Below, in pieces: positions 14,673-24,316 of a stretch of 64,000 nt of DNA. The notes beneath the pieces are model-generated. The model made no database searches. It saw only the letters and a list, made by a program, of their open reading frames with translations, and was not told where the DNA came from. Within the stretch, counting starts at the first letter, position 1. Each line of letters starts with the position of its first letter. Origin of the DNA: Macrostomum lignano (taxonomy: Eukaryota); NCBI GenBank assembly GCA_002269645.1, contig NIVC01000629.1, forward strand, positions 1 through 64,000, written 5' to 3'. Position numbers and translations under genes: made by a program.

Positions 14673-15388
14673 TTGAAAGCATTTATGAGCAATTTGAAGA
14701 GTCTAACAAAGAAAAGCAATACATCAATTGCTTTATTTTTGAATCGCCTTCCAAAAGAAAAACGCGGTTCCTTCAATGATACTTTGGTAAGCCTCGTTCA
14801 TCAAGCCACCGATAAGACGATTGAGGATGACGAATCTAGTAGCAACAAGAAGAAATCAAACAAAGCCGAACAAAGTGCGAGATTCATTGTCAACTTGAAA
14901 GCGTGGCTATCTAAGCATCACACTGAGGCGATTCATATCAAGACAGACTATCGAGAGCTGGAGAAGCTGATCAAGGCTGAAATCACATCTGACGACACTG
15001 CTACTAGCTTATACGCGGAGCTATGCATCATTGAAGAAAAGGTCGATGAGATTAAGGGAGTAATTGGCGCCAAAAAGCCGACACCATCGCGTTTCTATCC
15101 GAGACTATGAGCAATCAGGAAATTCAAAGTCGTCTTAAGTGCGGCGACAACTATGTTTCACGAATGAAAACTTTCCACAAACTTTGTGAAGACTATCCGG
15201 CTCTTCGTTTCGCGCCATACGCATATAACACAATTTTGCAGTATAAAACCACCAGTGAGTCTGCTGCAAACTCAGACGAAGACTTTTGCTCGATGTTGAA
15301 GACACCTCTGACGCCACAATTCGAAGGACGCGATGACAAAATAGCAGTGGGGATCAGCCGGAAAGTTTCTATTAGCCATCGGAAATGA
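14673..15388 (+). CDS. Unknown cargo ORF pair (14673-15110, 15107-15388) specific to Polinton A
   Basis: Two overlapping ORFs, possibly one frameshifted gene. No counterpart in B and no motif recognised. Confidence 0.4.
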
Positions 15389-16112
15389 TTGATTTTATTT
15401 GTTTTAAATAACTGATAATAACTGAATCGCTTGTTTTAGCCATTATTCAATAACAGTTTATAATTCCACACCATTTTAGCCACTATCAACAGTTTTATAA
15501 TGTATAACATTTATAAAGAAAAGCGCCAACTGAGTCAAACTAAACTAACACTTAACAAAATTATTTACTCTCTTACTCCTCATTGTTCCTTTTACATAGA
15601 TAAATGCGGCAACTCAACTAGCGCCAATCTTTATAATTATAAAGAAAAGCGCCAATTCTAGCCACACTAAGCTCCTATGGAATCTAGCCTATTCTTTTGA
15701 GTGTTCACGCATTCATTTTTCTGTTACTAAAAATAGACAAAAATGGCACACCATACGCAAGTATACAATCTGAATGAATTGCAAATAGGAGACCCAGTAG
15801 AATACCGAGGTGAGTGTCTTTTTGACATAATAGGCGCCGCAGCAAATACAATAAAAGATAATATGCCACTAATAGCACAAGCAGGCTCAGCAGCAGGCTC
15901 TGTAACCAACGCAGTCAAGGGTGGAATAGAAGCAGCTAAGGCAGCAGAAGAGCTCAAGAAATTGAGAGAATTTAACGACACCCTCTCGCAAATAAAAGCA
16001 ATAAAATATTTAAAGCTAGCACAAGAAGCTGCTCAAGCCGCACAAGCTACTGAAACACCTACTAAAAGTAACCCATTGAGCAATAAAGATATCCAAGATT
16101 TTAATAAAATGT

Positions 16113-17031
16113 TGTAGTGATCCGCTAGTTGATGTTAGGCGTCCCACTTTGTCAGCAGTCTCCCTCGCCCTCGCCCTGGGTTGCTGTCTGCCGCTGGTCA
16201 GCTTCCCGCCCCCCTTGGCCCGTCTGTTGCTGCCCTTGGCCTGTTCTGCCCTTCTGCGTCTCTGTTCTCAGCCCTCAGCTTCTCTGCTGTGGGCTGTCTC
16301 TGTTTCGTTCCCGTCCCGTTTTCCTCTGTCATGTGAGCAAGTCACATGACAGACTCTGCGTTCTTCGAGTCCTAAAGTGCAGTAAACATGTTTACTGCAC
16401 TCGTTGGCCCTGTTTACCGGGAGAATCACGTGCTTTCGGACCCCTCCCTTCTCTAAGGAGAGGAGTGACTCATGTTGCTAAAAATAGCAACTGAGTCACA
16501 GCCGCGTGTACTCTGGCCGGAGACCTCAAGTGACGTCAGTTCTAAAAATAGAACGAGTCACGAGGTCTTGTGCGTGGGTGTTTCCCGTCTATAAATAGGA
16601 CCCCTCTCCCCTTGTTTCCGTCAAGGAGGCTTCTTATCTGCGGAGAATTCACTAAGATCCCGTGTGCGTCAGTGTCTAACTAAGTGCCCTTTGCGTACTG
16701 AATCCGTTTGTACTGGTCTGACTGAGACCCCACTAAAGCCCAAGCCTAAGGGAGGCTAACACTGCCTTCCCAGCCACCCCTGAGCCCGGCGGGGATCTGC
16801 TGATCAGGACGCCTTGTTCATTAATCTGCAAATCTGCACGCTGTGCTGAGTTCGTTGACTTGTTTATTTCGTTCCGACGGGAAGCTCACCTCATCGAAGG
16901 CCGAGACCTGAAGGAACTGGTGGCAGCACTACCTACGCTACTGAGAGTTGAGAGAACTTCCCAATGAAGAGGCTCGAGTCTTAAGGTAATCCGCAAGGGC
17001 CTAATCCGGGAAGCAAACAGCCAGTATTTCA
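16113..17031 (+). mobile_element. Solo LTR (919 bp)
   Basis: TG...CA ends, 4-bp TSD ATGT (16109-12 and 17032-35), TATAAATA at 16590. Absent from the homologous gene in B. Confidence 0.85.
16466..16597 (+). promoter_or_regulatory. Enhancer/promoter cluster in the solo LTR
   Basis: AP-1 TGACTCA (16466) and TGAGTCA (16492), MEF2 CTAAAAATAG (16478, 16542), CRE TGACGTCA (16531), TATA (16590). Confidence 0.55.
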
Positions 17032-17086
17032 ATGTTAACCACAATTAAAGGTGGAAAAGGATTAAAGAAGTTTTAGTAATATAAAA

Positions 17087-17296
17087 ATGGACTCAGATAA
17101 TGATGAAAATCGCACACTTTTCATATCTGAAATAGTAGACAGTTTAAATTTAGATGATAACAAACATAGCCACACAATTTTTAAACGAATCGATAGATTG
17201 GGTAAAAAATTGGATTATGATATTGACACGTTTAAACTTGCTAGAAAATATGCACAAAAAGGAAGACCAATCTCATTTAAGCTTAGTAATTTCTAA
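17087..17296 (+). pseudogene. Truncated homologue of the protein-X-like gene; marks the deletion of pPolB in A
   Basis: Matches the N-terminus of B 37991-38950 and then breaks off. Confidence 0.8.
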
Positions 17297-17750
17297 TAAA
17301 AATTTTGTTGGGATGGAAAAATCAATTCCAATATAAAATAGGGTGAAATATCGCTCGATCATTAAATCCTGCTCGGCAGATGTTTTATATTTTTTCTGAA
17401 ACTCTAATATTCTTTCACACGCTCCTTTGTAATCTTCATACCAAAAGGCATATCTTGATCTTCTTTTTGCGCTATTTTCACATGCAACATAACTCCTAAA
17501 AGGCTCCAATTGAGAAATTGAACTATGACTCATAACTATAATTTTTTATAATTTTTTTACATCATCAATTGGTTCAGAAAACCCAAAATATAAGCCCTCT
17601 TTACCTGGCGGCTTGGAATTTTTTATATCATTTAAAACTCTTAAATAATCTTCTAATTTAGTTTTAAACATATGTATATGTAACATTTGTATTCTCTTCC
17701 TCAAAGTATACCAAAATAACTTCAATAATATCTATAGTTTCCTTCATTTT

Positions 17751-18953
17751 TTATACTTCAAAATATGGATAAATCTGCAAATATGAAACTCCTGGATTGC
17801 CCGAACCACCAGTAGCGGTTGTGCAAAACAATCTATAAAAAGTATAAGCAATTGTTGTATACGGTAAATTAAAATATTTAATTGCTGTTCCAACCAAACC
17901 AGCAGTAGTTGATAGTAAATCAGTCCATGTGGAGCCGTCATTACTTCCTTGAAAGATAATATCGTTTGGGTTTTCACCACTCAATCTACCAACTAAAGAA
18001 AATCTCCAAATTTTTACTGCGCCCGGAAGTTAAATTTTCTTCATTTCCTGTTTGCTGTTTCACCATTTGTTGCCCACTCATTATCCGAAGCAAAATTCTG
18101 ATTAAAAGCGCGAAATCCTTCATATCCTGTAAAATTCGTTGATGTTGTTACAAAAAATGTGGGGTCGTTATTATCAAATAAAGTTGGAATGTGCCCATTA
18201 ACATTTTTCAATCTGTCAAATTGAAACTTAGTAACGGCTTCGCTATCGTTGGTTGGATTCGGTAGATTGGTAATAGCATTTCCACCCATATCAATTACTT
18301 GATCAATTATTCCTAAATTCATTTTAAGAACCGCTGATCATGAAGTCTGACGATAAATCTGCATTGCGGATAGACCCGGATTTGTTGAACCGGATGTTGA
18401 AGTAAGACAAAATAATCTGAAATATAAATATTCTTTATCAAAATTTTGTGTGACATTAAATGTTCGGGTTGTCGATGATAATGCAGTATTTTCTGTTAGA
18501 ATTAATATGTCCCAACTTGTATTGTCATTACTCCCTTCAAATCTCCATGACGCGGGGTGCTCGGTAGATGGCGATGCTCTCCCAGTCAAATCAATTTTAT
18601 TACAAAGTATTGCAGATGGGCATTGAACTTTTATCCAATAATCGGTTTGAACTCCAGCAGTAGCCCAATCAGTTGTTGAATCTGCATCAAACGCTTTCCA
18701 GCTTGCAAAATCAGTTGTGTTAAATTCTGAGCTGGCTGTAATTGCAAAACCATTTCCACTCCAATCAGCCATGGTTGGAATTTGACCAGTTTCTGTCAAA
18801 TTAAATCTGTCTTGTTTCATATCTAATAAATTGTCGGTCTCTGTTTTTGTATAACCACTAGATGTGTTTACCAAATTATCAACTTCGGTTTTGGTATATG
18901 AATCATATATTTCGTTTTAAATTTTATGAATTATCAACTTCGGTTTTGGTATA
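17751..18953 (-). pseudogene. C-terminal part of the Polinton A fiber/receptor-binding protein, with two F5/8-type-C (discoidin)-like domains
   Basis: ASSEFN..WKAFD...W and P..WRFEGSND..WD motifs occur twice. Frameshifted, and separated from its N-terminus (42828-43233) by the Gypsy insertion. Confidence 0.75.
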
Positions 18954-19457
18954 TGTTATGTTAGAAGTCAAGGCGAGTGTGTGCGAGATACGAAACGCTT
19001 AAAGCCAGCGATGGGCAGAGAGCCGATATATATATTATTGTTTAGTCAAGTGCAGTGAGCAATGTACATTGTACGCGTCAATGGGGGACTAGGGGCAGGT
19101 GCACTGAGAGAGAAAGAGAAAGACTGCACGTCGGCTAGCCAGCATCGATCATTACACAACACCTCCTTACATTGAAAAGTACGAATATAATGGCACGAAA
19201 ATAGTAGCACGAATAGAGTCGCACGAAAACAGTTGAATGGGGAAAAATAAAAACATTGAAATATTTTACGATCATATGGAACAATACAATATTAATGTTG
19301 AAAAATATCATTTTAGACCGCTTTTTAAATCGCACGCTTGAGCAGCAAAGGCAACACATCAACTTATGCTATACCTCCTTTCACCAAAATTATAGAAACT
19401 TAAAAAGAGCTTTCAGTTCCTTTAAATTCAGTCAACAGTCAGTTTTCACTCAAAAGT

Positions 19458-20945
19458 TCACCACGAGGCCTGGTACCTCTGCGGCTGATGGACAAGCCGA
19501 CCTCGCTTGGTCCGGAACCCAGAGTCGTCCGAGCTTGAGCACGGTTGCACAGATGCCGGCTGCTCAGCTGGCTGCACTGGCTCTGCAGGCTGCTCTGTCG
19601 CGGGTTGCACGGCCGGTTGCACGGGTGCCTGCTGGTCGTCCGCCTCCGACAGATTGACATCCTCATCAGCCACTGCCACTGGGTAGCTTTCATGGAATGG
19701 CACGCCGATCTCACGTGGCCTGATAAACCGCCGGTTGCGCCTGAGCAGCTGGCCCGACTCCGTGCGAAGCCAGTACGACCGCGGGCTGCCGTCCACCTCG
19801 CTGTCGACCTCGGCAGCCACCCAGTTCCGACGATCGCACTGAAGCCAGACCGGCTCGCCGACCTCCAAGCGTCGAAGTGCGCGCGCACCGCGGTTGCAGA
19901 GCTGAGCTGCCCGGGTCCGCTCCTTCTGGAATGCTTCGATGCTGGCATGCACGTAGGTCTCCCGAGGCCGCAGATCTTGCACCGTTGTCGGCAGGTCGCA
20001 CCGCAGTTTCCGGCCAAACGCCATTTCCGCCGGGCTGGGGAAGCCGCTGCCGACCGGCGTGTTGCGATAGTGCAAAAGGGCCAGTGCCAGGCTCTGTCCA
20101 GTCTCCTGGCACTTCTTCATCATATTCTTGGCAGTCTGCACATATCGCTCTGCTTTGCCGTTGGACTGCGGGTAGGCCGGACTCGATGTCCGGTGCTCCA
20201 CTTGAAATCTGGTCATGAACTGGCGGAACTCTCCTGCGGTGAACTGCGGCCCGTTGTCACTGATGAGCTTCTCTGGCACTCCAAAGTTCTGGAAATGGTC
20301 TTGGAGCACCTGAACTACTGCCAGGCTTGTTGTCGACCGCAGGCGGGTGATGCTCATCCAGTGGCTGTAGGCGTCTACGTACACCAGGTGCGCAGCGCCC
20401 CGGAACTCGAACAAGTCGGTCGAGCAGACTTGGAACGGAAACTCGGGCATTTCAACGGTCATCAAAGTCTCCTTTGACTGGGCCTTCATGTTACGCTGGC
20501 AGGCCTCGCACTGGCTGACAGTTCGCTCGATGCAGGTGCGCATTCCTGGCCAGTAAAAATAATCTTTGGCTTTCAGGTCCATCTTGACGATTCCAGGGTG
20601 TCCAGCGTGCAAAATTCTTAGGATCGAGCTTCTGGCGCTGCCGGCTGGCACGTAGATGCGGTCCTTCAGGCACAGGAGTCCTGAGACGAAAGTCAGATCA
20701 TGGCGAAGATCCCAAAATACTCTCAAATCGTCAGGTAATCGGTTTCGATGCTCGGGCCATCCGGCTTGAATGACCTCCTGCAGACGCTGGCTCGTCTGGT
20801 CTGCAGCCGTGGCCTTCTTGATCATTGTCAGAATCTCGCGGTCTCCACTGAAGCATCGCTCCACAGCTAGCACTTGTCCGTCCAAAGCTTCCTCCAGCAG
20901 AAGCGTCAGGCTGTCCGTCTTTCCGTGAGCTCGGCTTAGCGTGTC
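19458..20945 (-). CDS. Gypsy pol 3' half (integrase, HHCC plus DDE)
   Basis: LHAGHPG..CEAC, TDLF, SDNGPQF and PQSNGKAER motifs. Joins the 5' half in frame as LYVADTLSRA once B is removed. Confidence 0.9.
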   Translation of the reverse strand, partial: DTLSRAHGKTDSLTLLLEEALDGQVLAVERCFSGDREILTMIKKATAADQTSQRLQEVIQAGWPEHRNRLPDDLRVFWDLRHDLTFVSGLLCLKDRIYVPAGSARSSILRILHAGHPGIVKMDLKAKDYFYWPGMRTCIERTVSQCEACQRNMKAQSKETLMTVEMPEFPFQVCSTDLFEFRGAAHLVYVDAYSHWMSITRLRSTTSLAVVQVLQDHFQNFGVPEKLISDNGPQFTAGEFRQFMTRFQVEHRTSSPAYPQSNGKAERYVQTAKNMMKKCQETGQSLALALLHYRNTPVGSGFPSPAEMAFGRKLRCDLPTTVQDLRPRETYVHASIEAFQKERTRAAQLCNRGARALRRLEVGEPVWLQCDRRNWVAAEVDSEVDGSPRSYWLRTESGQLLRRNRRFIRPREIGVPFHESYPVAVADEDVNLSEADDQQAPVQPAVQPATEQPAEPVQPAEQPASVQPCSSSDDSGFRTKRGRLVHQPQRYQASW

Positions 20946-21276
20946 AGTAGTATGTAAAAGTACGCTTCTAGCCCCAGAGCCCTTTTCAAACAGACGATTT
21001 GAAGGGCTAGAGGGGGGACACGAGGGGGAACCAAAAAACACTCTTAAACACCCTTTATCCCCATCCAACACCCCCAACACCCCCAACACTACACAATACT
21101 ACTAACACCACCCAATACTACTAACACTTCCAAACAATTCCCTCGCGTCCCCCCATTATTAGCCCTTCAAATCATCTGTTTGAATAGTGACTGATCTAGA
21201 AGCGTACTTTTACATACTACTACTTATAACCCCAGGCCGCGCCGCAGGCGCGAAGGGTCTTTTTCTGTTACTAAAA

Positions 21277-21579
21277 ATGAACCGAGTTTACACCTTTTCA
21301 GTTAGCGATACTTTTGAGACTGTTGCTAAAAATTCAGAGATTATAAAACAACATATTTTGAATGGAATAATTGATGAAGTTTATTTAAAATATGACGATA
21401 AGCACGAACTAAAACTTTATCCGTTAGAGTTGGATGGTTTGTATGATCTAGAACAAGAGGGTGAGTTAATATTTCAACTTGGAGATTATTTAAATTCGGA
21501 TGATTGGGAGGTTCGTTCAGATGATTCCAATTCAACAAATAGTTCATATGAAACCAGCGATTCAGAAAATTATTGTTAA
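21277..21579 (+). CDS. Small acidic hypothetical viral protein
   Basis: AAAAATG start lying inside the TIR, with an open frame. Confidence 0.55.
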   Translation: MNRVYTFSVSDTFETVAKNSEIIKQHILNGIIDEVYLKYDDKHELKLYPLELDGLYDLEQEGELIFQLGDYLNSDDWEVRSDDSNSTNSSYETSDSENYC

Positions 21580-21594
21580 AAAAATATATAAAAA

Positions 21595-21792
21595 ATGAAG
21601 GTAAATCGTATCAACGATACGCATGCAAAGCATGATTATTCCTACATTGGATATGTGCCAATTAATGAACTTAATGAAAATTTAAGTTTGATAACAGTTG
21701 AACAAATGTCAATAATAATATTAGTAACAATAATAGTGATAATTTTGTTTTTATTTGTTATAAAAAATTTATTACCATGTTGTCTTAAGTAA
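21595..21792 (+). CDS. Small transmembrane viral protein
   Basis: C-terminal hydrophobic helix. A homologous remnant is present in A at about 49715-49840 (minus). Confidence 0.6.
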   Translation: MKVNRINDTHAKHDYSYIGYVPINELNENLSLITVEQMSIIILVTIIVIILFLFVIKNLLPCCLK

Positions 21793-21818
21793 TTATTATT
21801 TAAAAAATAAACTAGAAA

Positions 21819-22208
21819 ATGAGGTCTGATTTTGCAAACAATTATGCCAGCACTTATGACAGCGCCCATCCTATAGCAGAACCGCCCCTTTTATTTGATA
21901 AACACAAAGATTGTAAAGAAAAGGATGCTAACGACCTAACTGAAGCGAAATTCAATCTAAAGATTATAATTGCTATTATTTTACTAGTCTTACTTGAGAT
22001 GATTATTTTTCCCGCCTTATTTTTATCTAAAAAATTAAATATAGAAGGAATACCATATAATGAAAGAAATATAAACTTCGCAATAGCATTAATAGCAATA
22101 TCAAGTACATTACTAATAATTGCATTACTTATATTAATTATTACAATTTCAATACTGCTTAATGATAAACGAAAACAACATAACTCCCTAGCTTCATTTA
22201 AAGTCTAA
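21819..22208 (+). CDS. Two-TM hypothetical viral protein, absent from A
   Basis: Two hydrophobic stretches and an AAAATG start. Confidence 0.55.
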   Translation: MRSDFANNYASTYDSAHPIAEPPLLFDKHKDCKEKDANDLTEAKFNLKIIIAIILLVLLEMIIFPALFLSKKLNIEGIPYNERNINFAIALIAISSTLLIIALLILIITISILLNDKRKQHNSLASFKV

Positions 22209-22209
22209 A

Positions 22210-23787
22210 TTAAACTAACATTAGCTGGTTCTCATAAAACGAACCTAATATTTCTTCACCATCCTTATCAGCAATGATATAGGTTGTGGGATTTGTATTT
22301 AAAACTTTACTGATAGTAAATTTCTCACTTATTTTCCAATATCCTTTTCTTCCCTTTTCAAACTTATCTTTCCATTTATAGATATACACAGAATCACCAA
22401 CCTTAAAAGGTTTCTTTTTATTTTTTTCAAAGTCCCCGAAGGTAACATTAACATTTTCAGGCTTGTTATAAGCTTGTTGAGGAGTCATCTTTATAGCTGA
22501 ATGATATGAATTGTTATAATCTTTCACTACGTCTGGTAATATTTTTACCCATTTTTGGTTTCCATTCAAACTAAACTGAAACCATAATTTTTTACCTAAA
22601 GTTCGATTAAATCTTTCTATTAATGCGTTTTTGCTTTCTCCATAAATAGAATAAATTTTATTAATATACTCCCCATTCGCGTCCTTTTTCCTTTCTTGTC
22701 CTTTTTCAAAATGATACAATTTATACATGTGAGGATTGTAAAATTCTTTTCCTTCGTCAACACACAACCTTTCACTTCTTTCTCCAAGGCTTCTAAAAGC
22801 AGCAGCAACCTCCTCTCCCTTTTTGGATTTTAAAGGAACAGCCCACGCGTATCGAGTAAAACCATCTAATATGGTTAAGATATATTTATATCCTCTATCG
22901 TTCGGCATTGACATTAAATCAGCATACCAAATTTCATTCTTTTTGAAGTTCATGATTTTTCTATAAAATTTAGGTTTTCGGTATTCTTTATGAAGAACTT
23001 TTGCCTCATCAGAACTTAACCCACTACCACTTAACAACAAACAGTCAACACAATTATTTCCATGTTGGTTGTAATTAATTCCTAAACCAAATTTAACTTT
23101 AGATTGCAAGATCTTTTTAACCATCCACCGAGTTAATCTTTGGCTTACCGATAAGCCCTGTAGATTATCTAATCCTTGAATCATCTTTTTATCGGCTTCA
23201 TGTTTTAATCTTAATGCTTCCTCGGGAGAGTTCTTGTCAGCATCTCTGTATGCTAAGTCATGATAATATGCTAACCAATCAATGCCATTAATGGGAATTG
23301 AATCAGCTTTTGGAGTATCATCAGGATTTAATCTCAAATCCAATCGCGTACCCGGCCGTTTGCCCTCAATCTTTCGAAAGAGGCTGGAGCACACCTTAAG
23401 CGGCGATGATTACCGCCCACCTCCGTCTGCTCTCTGAACCTTCTCCTTATATTTAAAATACTTAGGAGCTTGGCTGCGCATTGCCACCGTGTCTTCAAGC
23501 TTGTTACCTTTGGGAAGAGGAGTTACCTCTGTTCCTTCAAAAGATTTCTCAGTTGAAGTGGTACTTGAAGCTGTATGACGGGTTTCACGCAATTTGAAGA
23601 TGTCGCCACAAATAGTGACTAGCAGTAGCTTTGCTTCTACCACTCAGGCCACGGGTTAACCTGCAAACGAGTACCCAGGAATGTGTAATTCATTTGTATA
23701 CCTCCCAGTAGTAAAGACTGGTGGTAAGCTAGTTAATCCTTTTTGTAAGTCTAAAAATCCTCCTTCAAATACTAATTGATTGCTCAT
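22210..23787 (-). CDS. Phospholipase A2 - rve integrase fusion, join(23787-23659, 23355-22210), 424 aa
   Basis: Splicing restores ELHIPGYSFAG^PGTRL...PINGIDWLAYYHDLAY (parvovirus-VP1u-like PLA2), followed in frame by WYADL..YILTILDGFTRYAW, VDEGKEF and IERFNRTL (DDE integrase). Confidence 0.9.
23356..23658 (-). ncRNA. Group I self-splicing intron, subgroup IC1 (303 nt, no ORF)
   Basis: Exon ends in U with P1 CAGGU/GCCUG (U.G pair), and the intron ends in G. P3 CAUCUUC/GGAGGUG, P4 UGCGUG/UGCGCA, P5abc with GAAA loop and A-rich bulge, P6 GCC/GGU, P7 GAGAGCA/UGCUCC with intact G-binding pair, P9 GAAA. Confidence 0.93.
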
Positions 23788-24271
23788 TTTTAGTGACTAA
23801 AAAACAATTCTCTATCAGTTTAATAACTTCTAAATATTGATCACCATATAAAAAATTTAAAGCAAATTCCCCAGTTAACAAGGTAACACCATTATCAAAT
23901 ACCTTTTGTACGGGGTTTTTAGTAGTATTATTAATGCAAATATAATATAAATCAAATTCGGGATTAACATATTTAAATTCTAATAACTTTTGAATATTTC
24001 TAAATCGACTCGATGAATTATCTGTGTTATCAGAAGATTTTAACTCTAACGCAATTTTTCTATCTGTTTGAATTAAATCAATTTTATTTACTTTTTCAAA
24101 ACAAAAATGTTTAATAGCTAATAATTCATAAAGAGACCCAAGACGCATCTGAATTGTTTTAATACGGTTTGCAATTATTAATTCATCTTGAAATATTTTA
24201 TTTAGTGTTCTGTCAGAACCAACTTTATCATAAATAGGTTTACAAAGACAATCTTTTATCGTATTTTCCAT
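23765..24271 (-). CDS. PD-(D/E)xK endonuclease, Eco47II-like
   Basis: IDL..TDRKIALELKSSDNTDNSSS fits the D..ExK..NTxNSSS pattern I recall for RE_Eco47II-type proteins. Assigned by eye and needs an HMM check. Confidence 0.65.
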   Translation of the reverse strand: MENTIKDCLCKPIYDKVGSDRTLNKIFQDELIIANRIKTIQMRLGSLYELLAIKHFCFEKVNKIDLIQTDRKIALELKSSDNTDNSSSRFRNIQKLLEFKYVNPEFDLYYICINNTTKNPVQKVFDNGVTLLTGEFALNFLYGDQYLEVIKLIENCFLVTKNEQSISI

Positions 24272-24316
24272 TTAAAAAAAATAAATTTAATTAAATCGAA
24301 CCAAAGGTTCGCGACC

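Larger units (their letters stand above)
15743..17076 (+). pseudogene. Small Ala-rich putative core protein gene of A, interrupted by a solo LTR
   Basis: Homologous to B 38961-39371. The C-terminal TTIKGGKGLKKF resumes after the insertion. Confidence 0.85.

Noticed and set aside
16918-16928. TGGTGGCAGC as a tRNA-Leu primer binding site
   Set aside because: It is not preceded by an LTR-ending CA, and the insert's TG...CA ends and TSD fit a solo LTR better.
19439-20673. Alternative-frame ORFs over the Gypsy, LINE, GT32 and CCDC77 coding regions
   Set aside because: These are shadow ORFs of GC-rich coding DNA with no motifs.
23410-23643. 77-aa ORF (and its twin at 48284-48523)
   Set aside because: It lies wholly inside the group I intron, has no homing-endonuclease motif and is explained by RNA structure conservation.
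23356-23660. Spliceosomal intron reading using the CAG|GT at the exon end
   Set aside because: No AG acceptor restores GPG or the reading frame in both copies, whereas the U^...G^ group I boundaries do so exactly.
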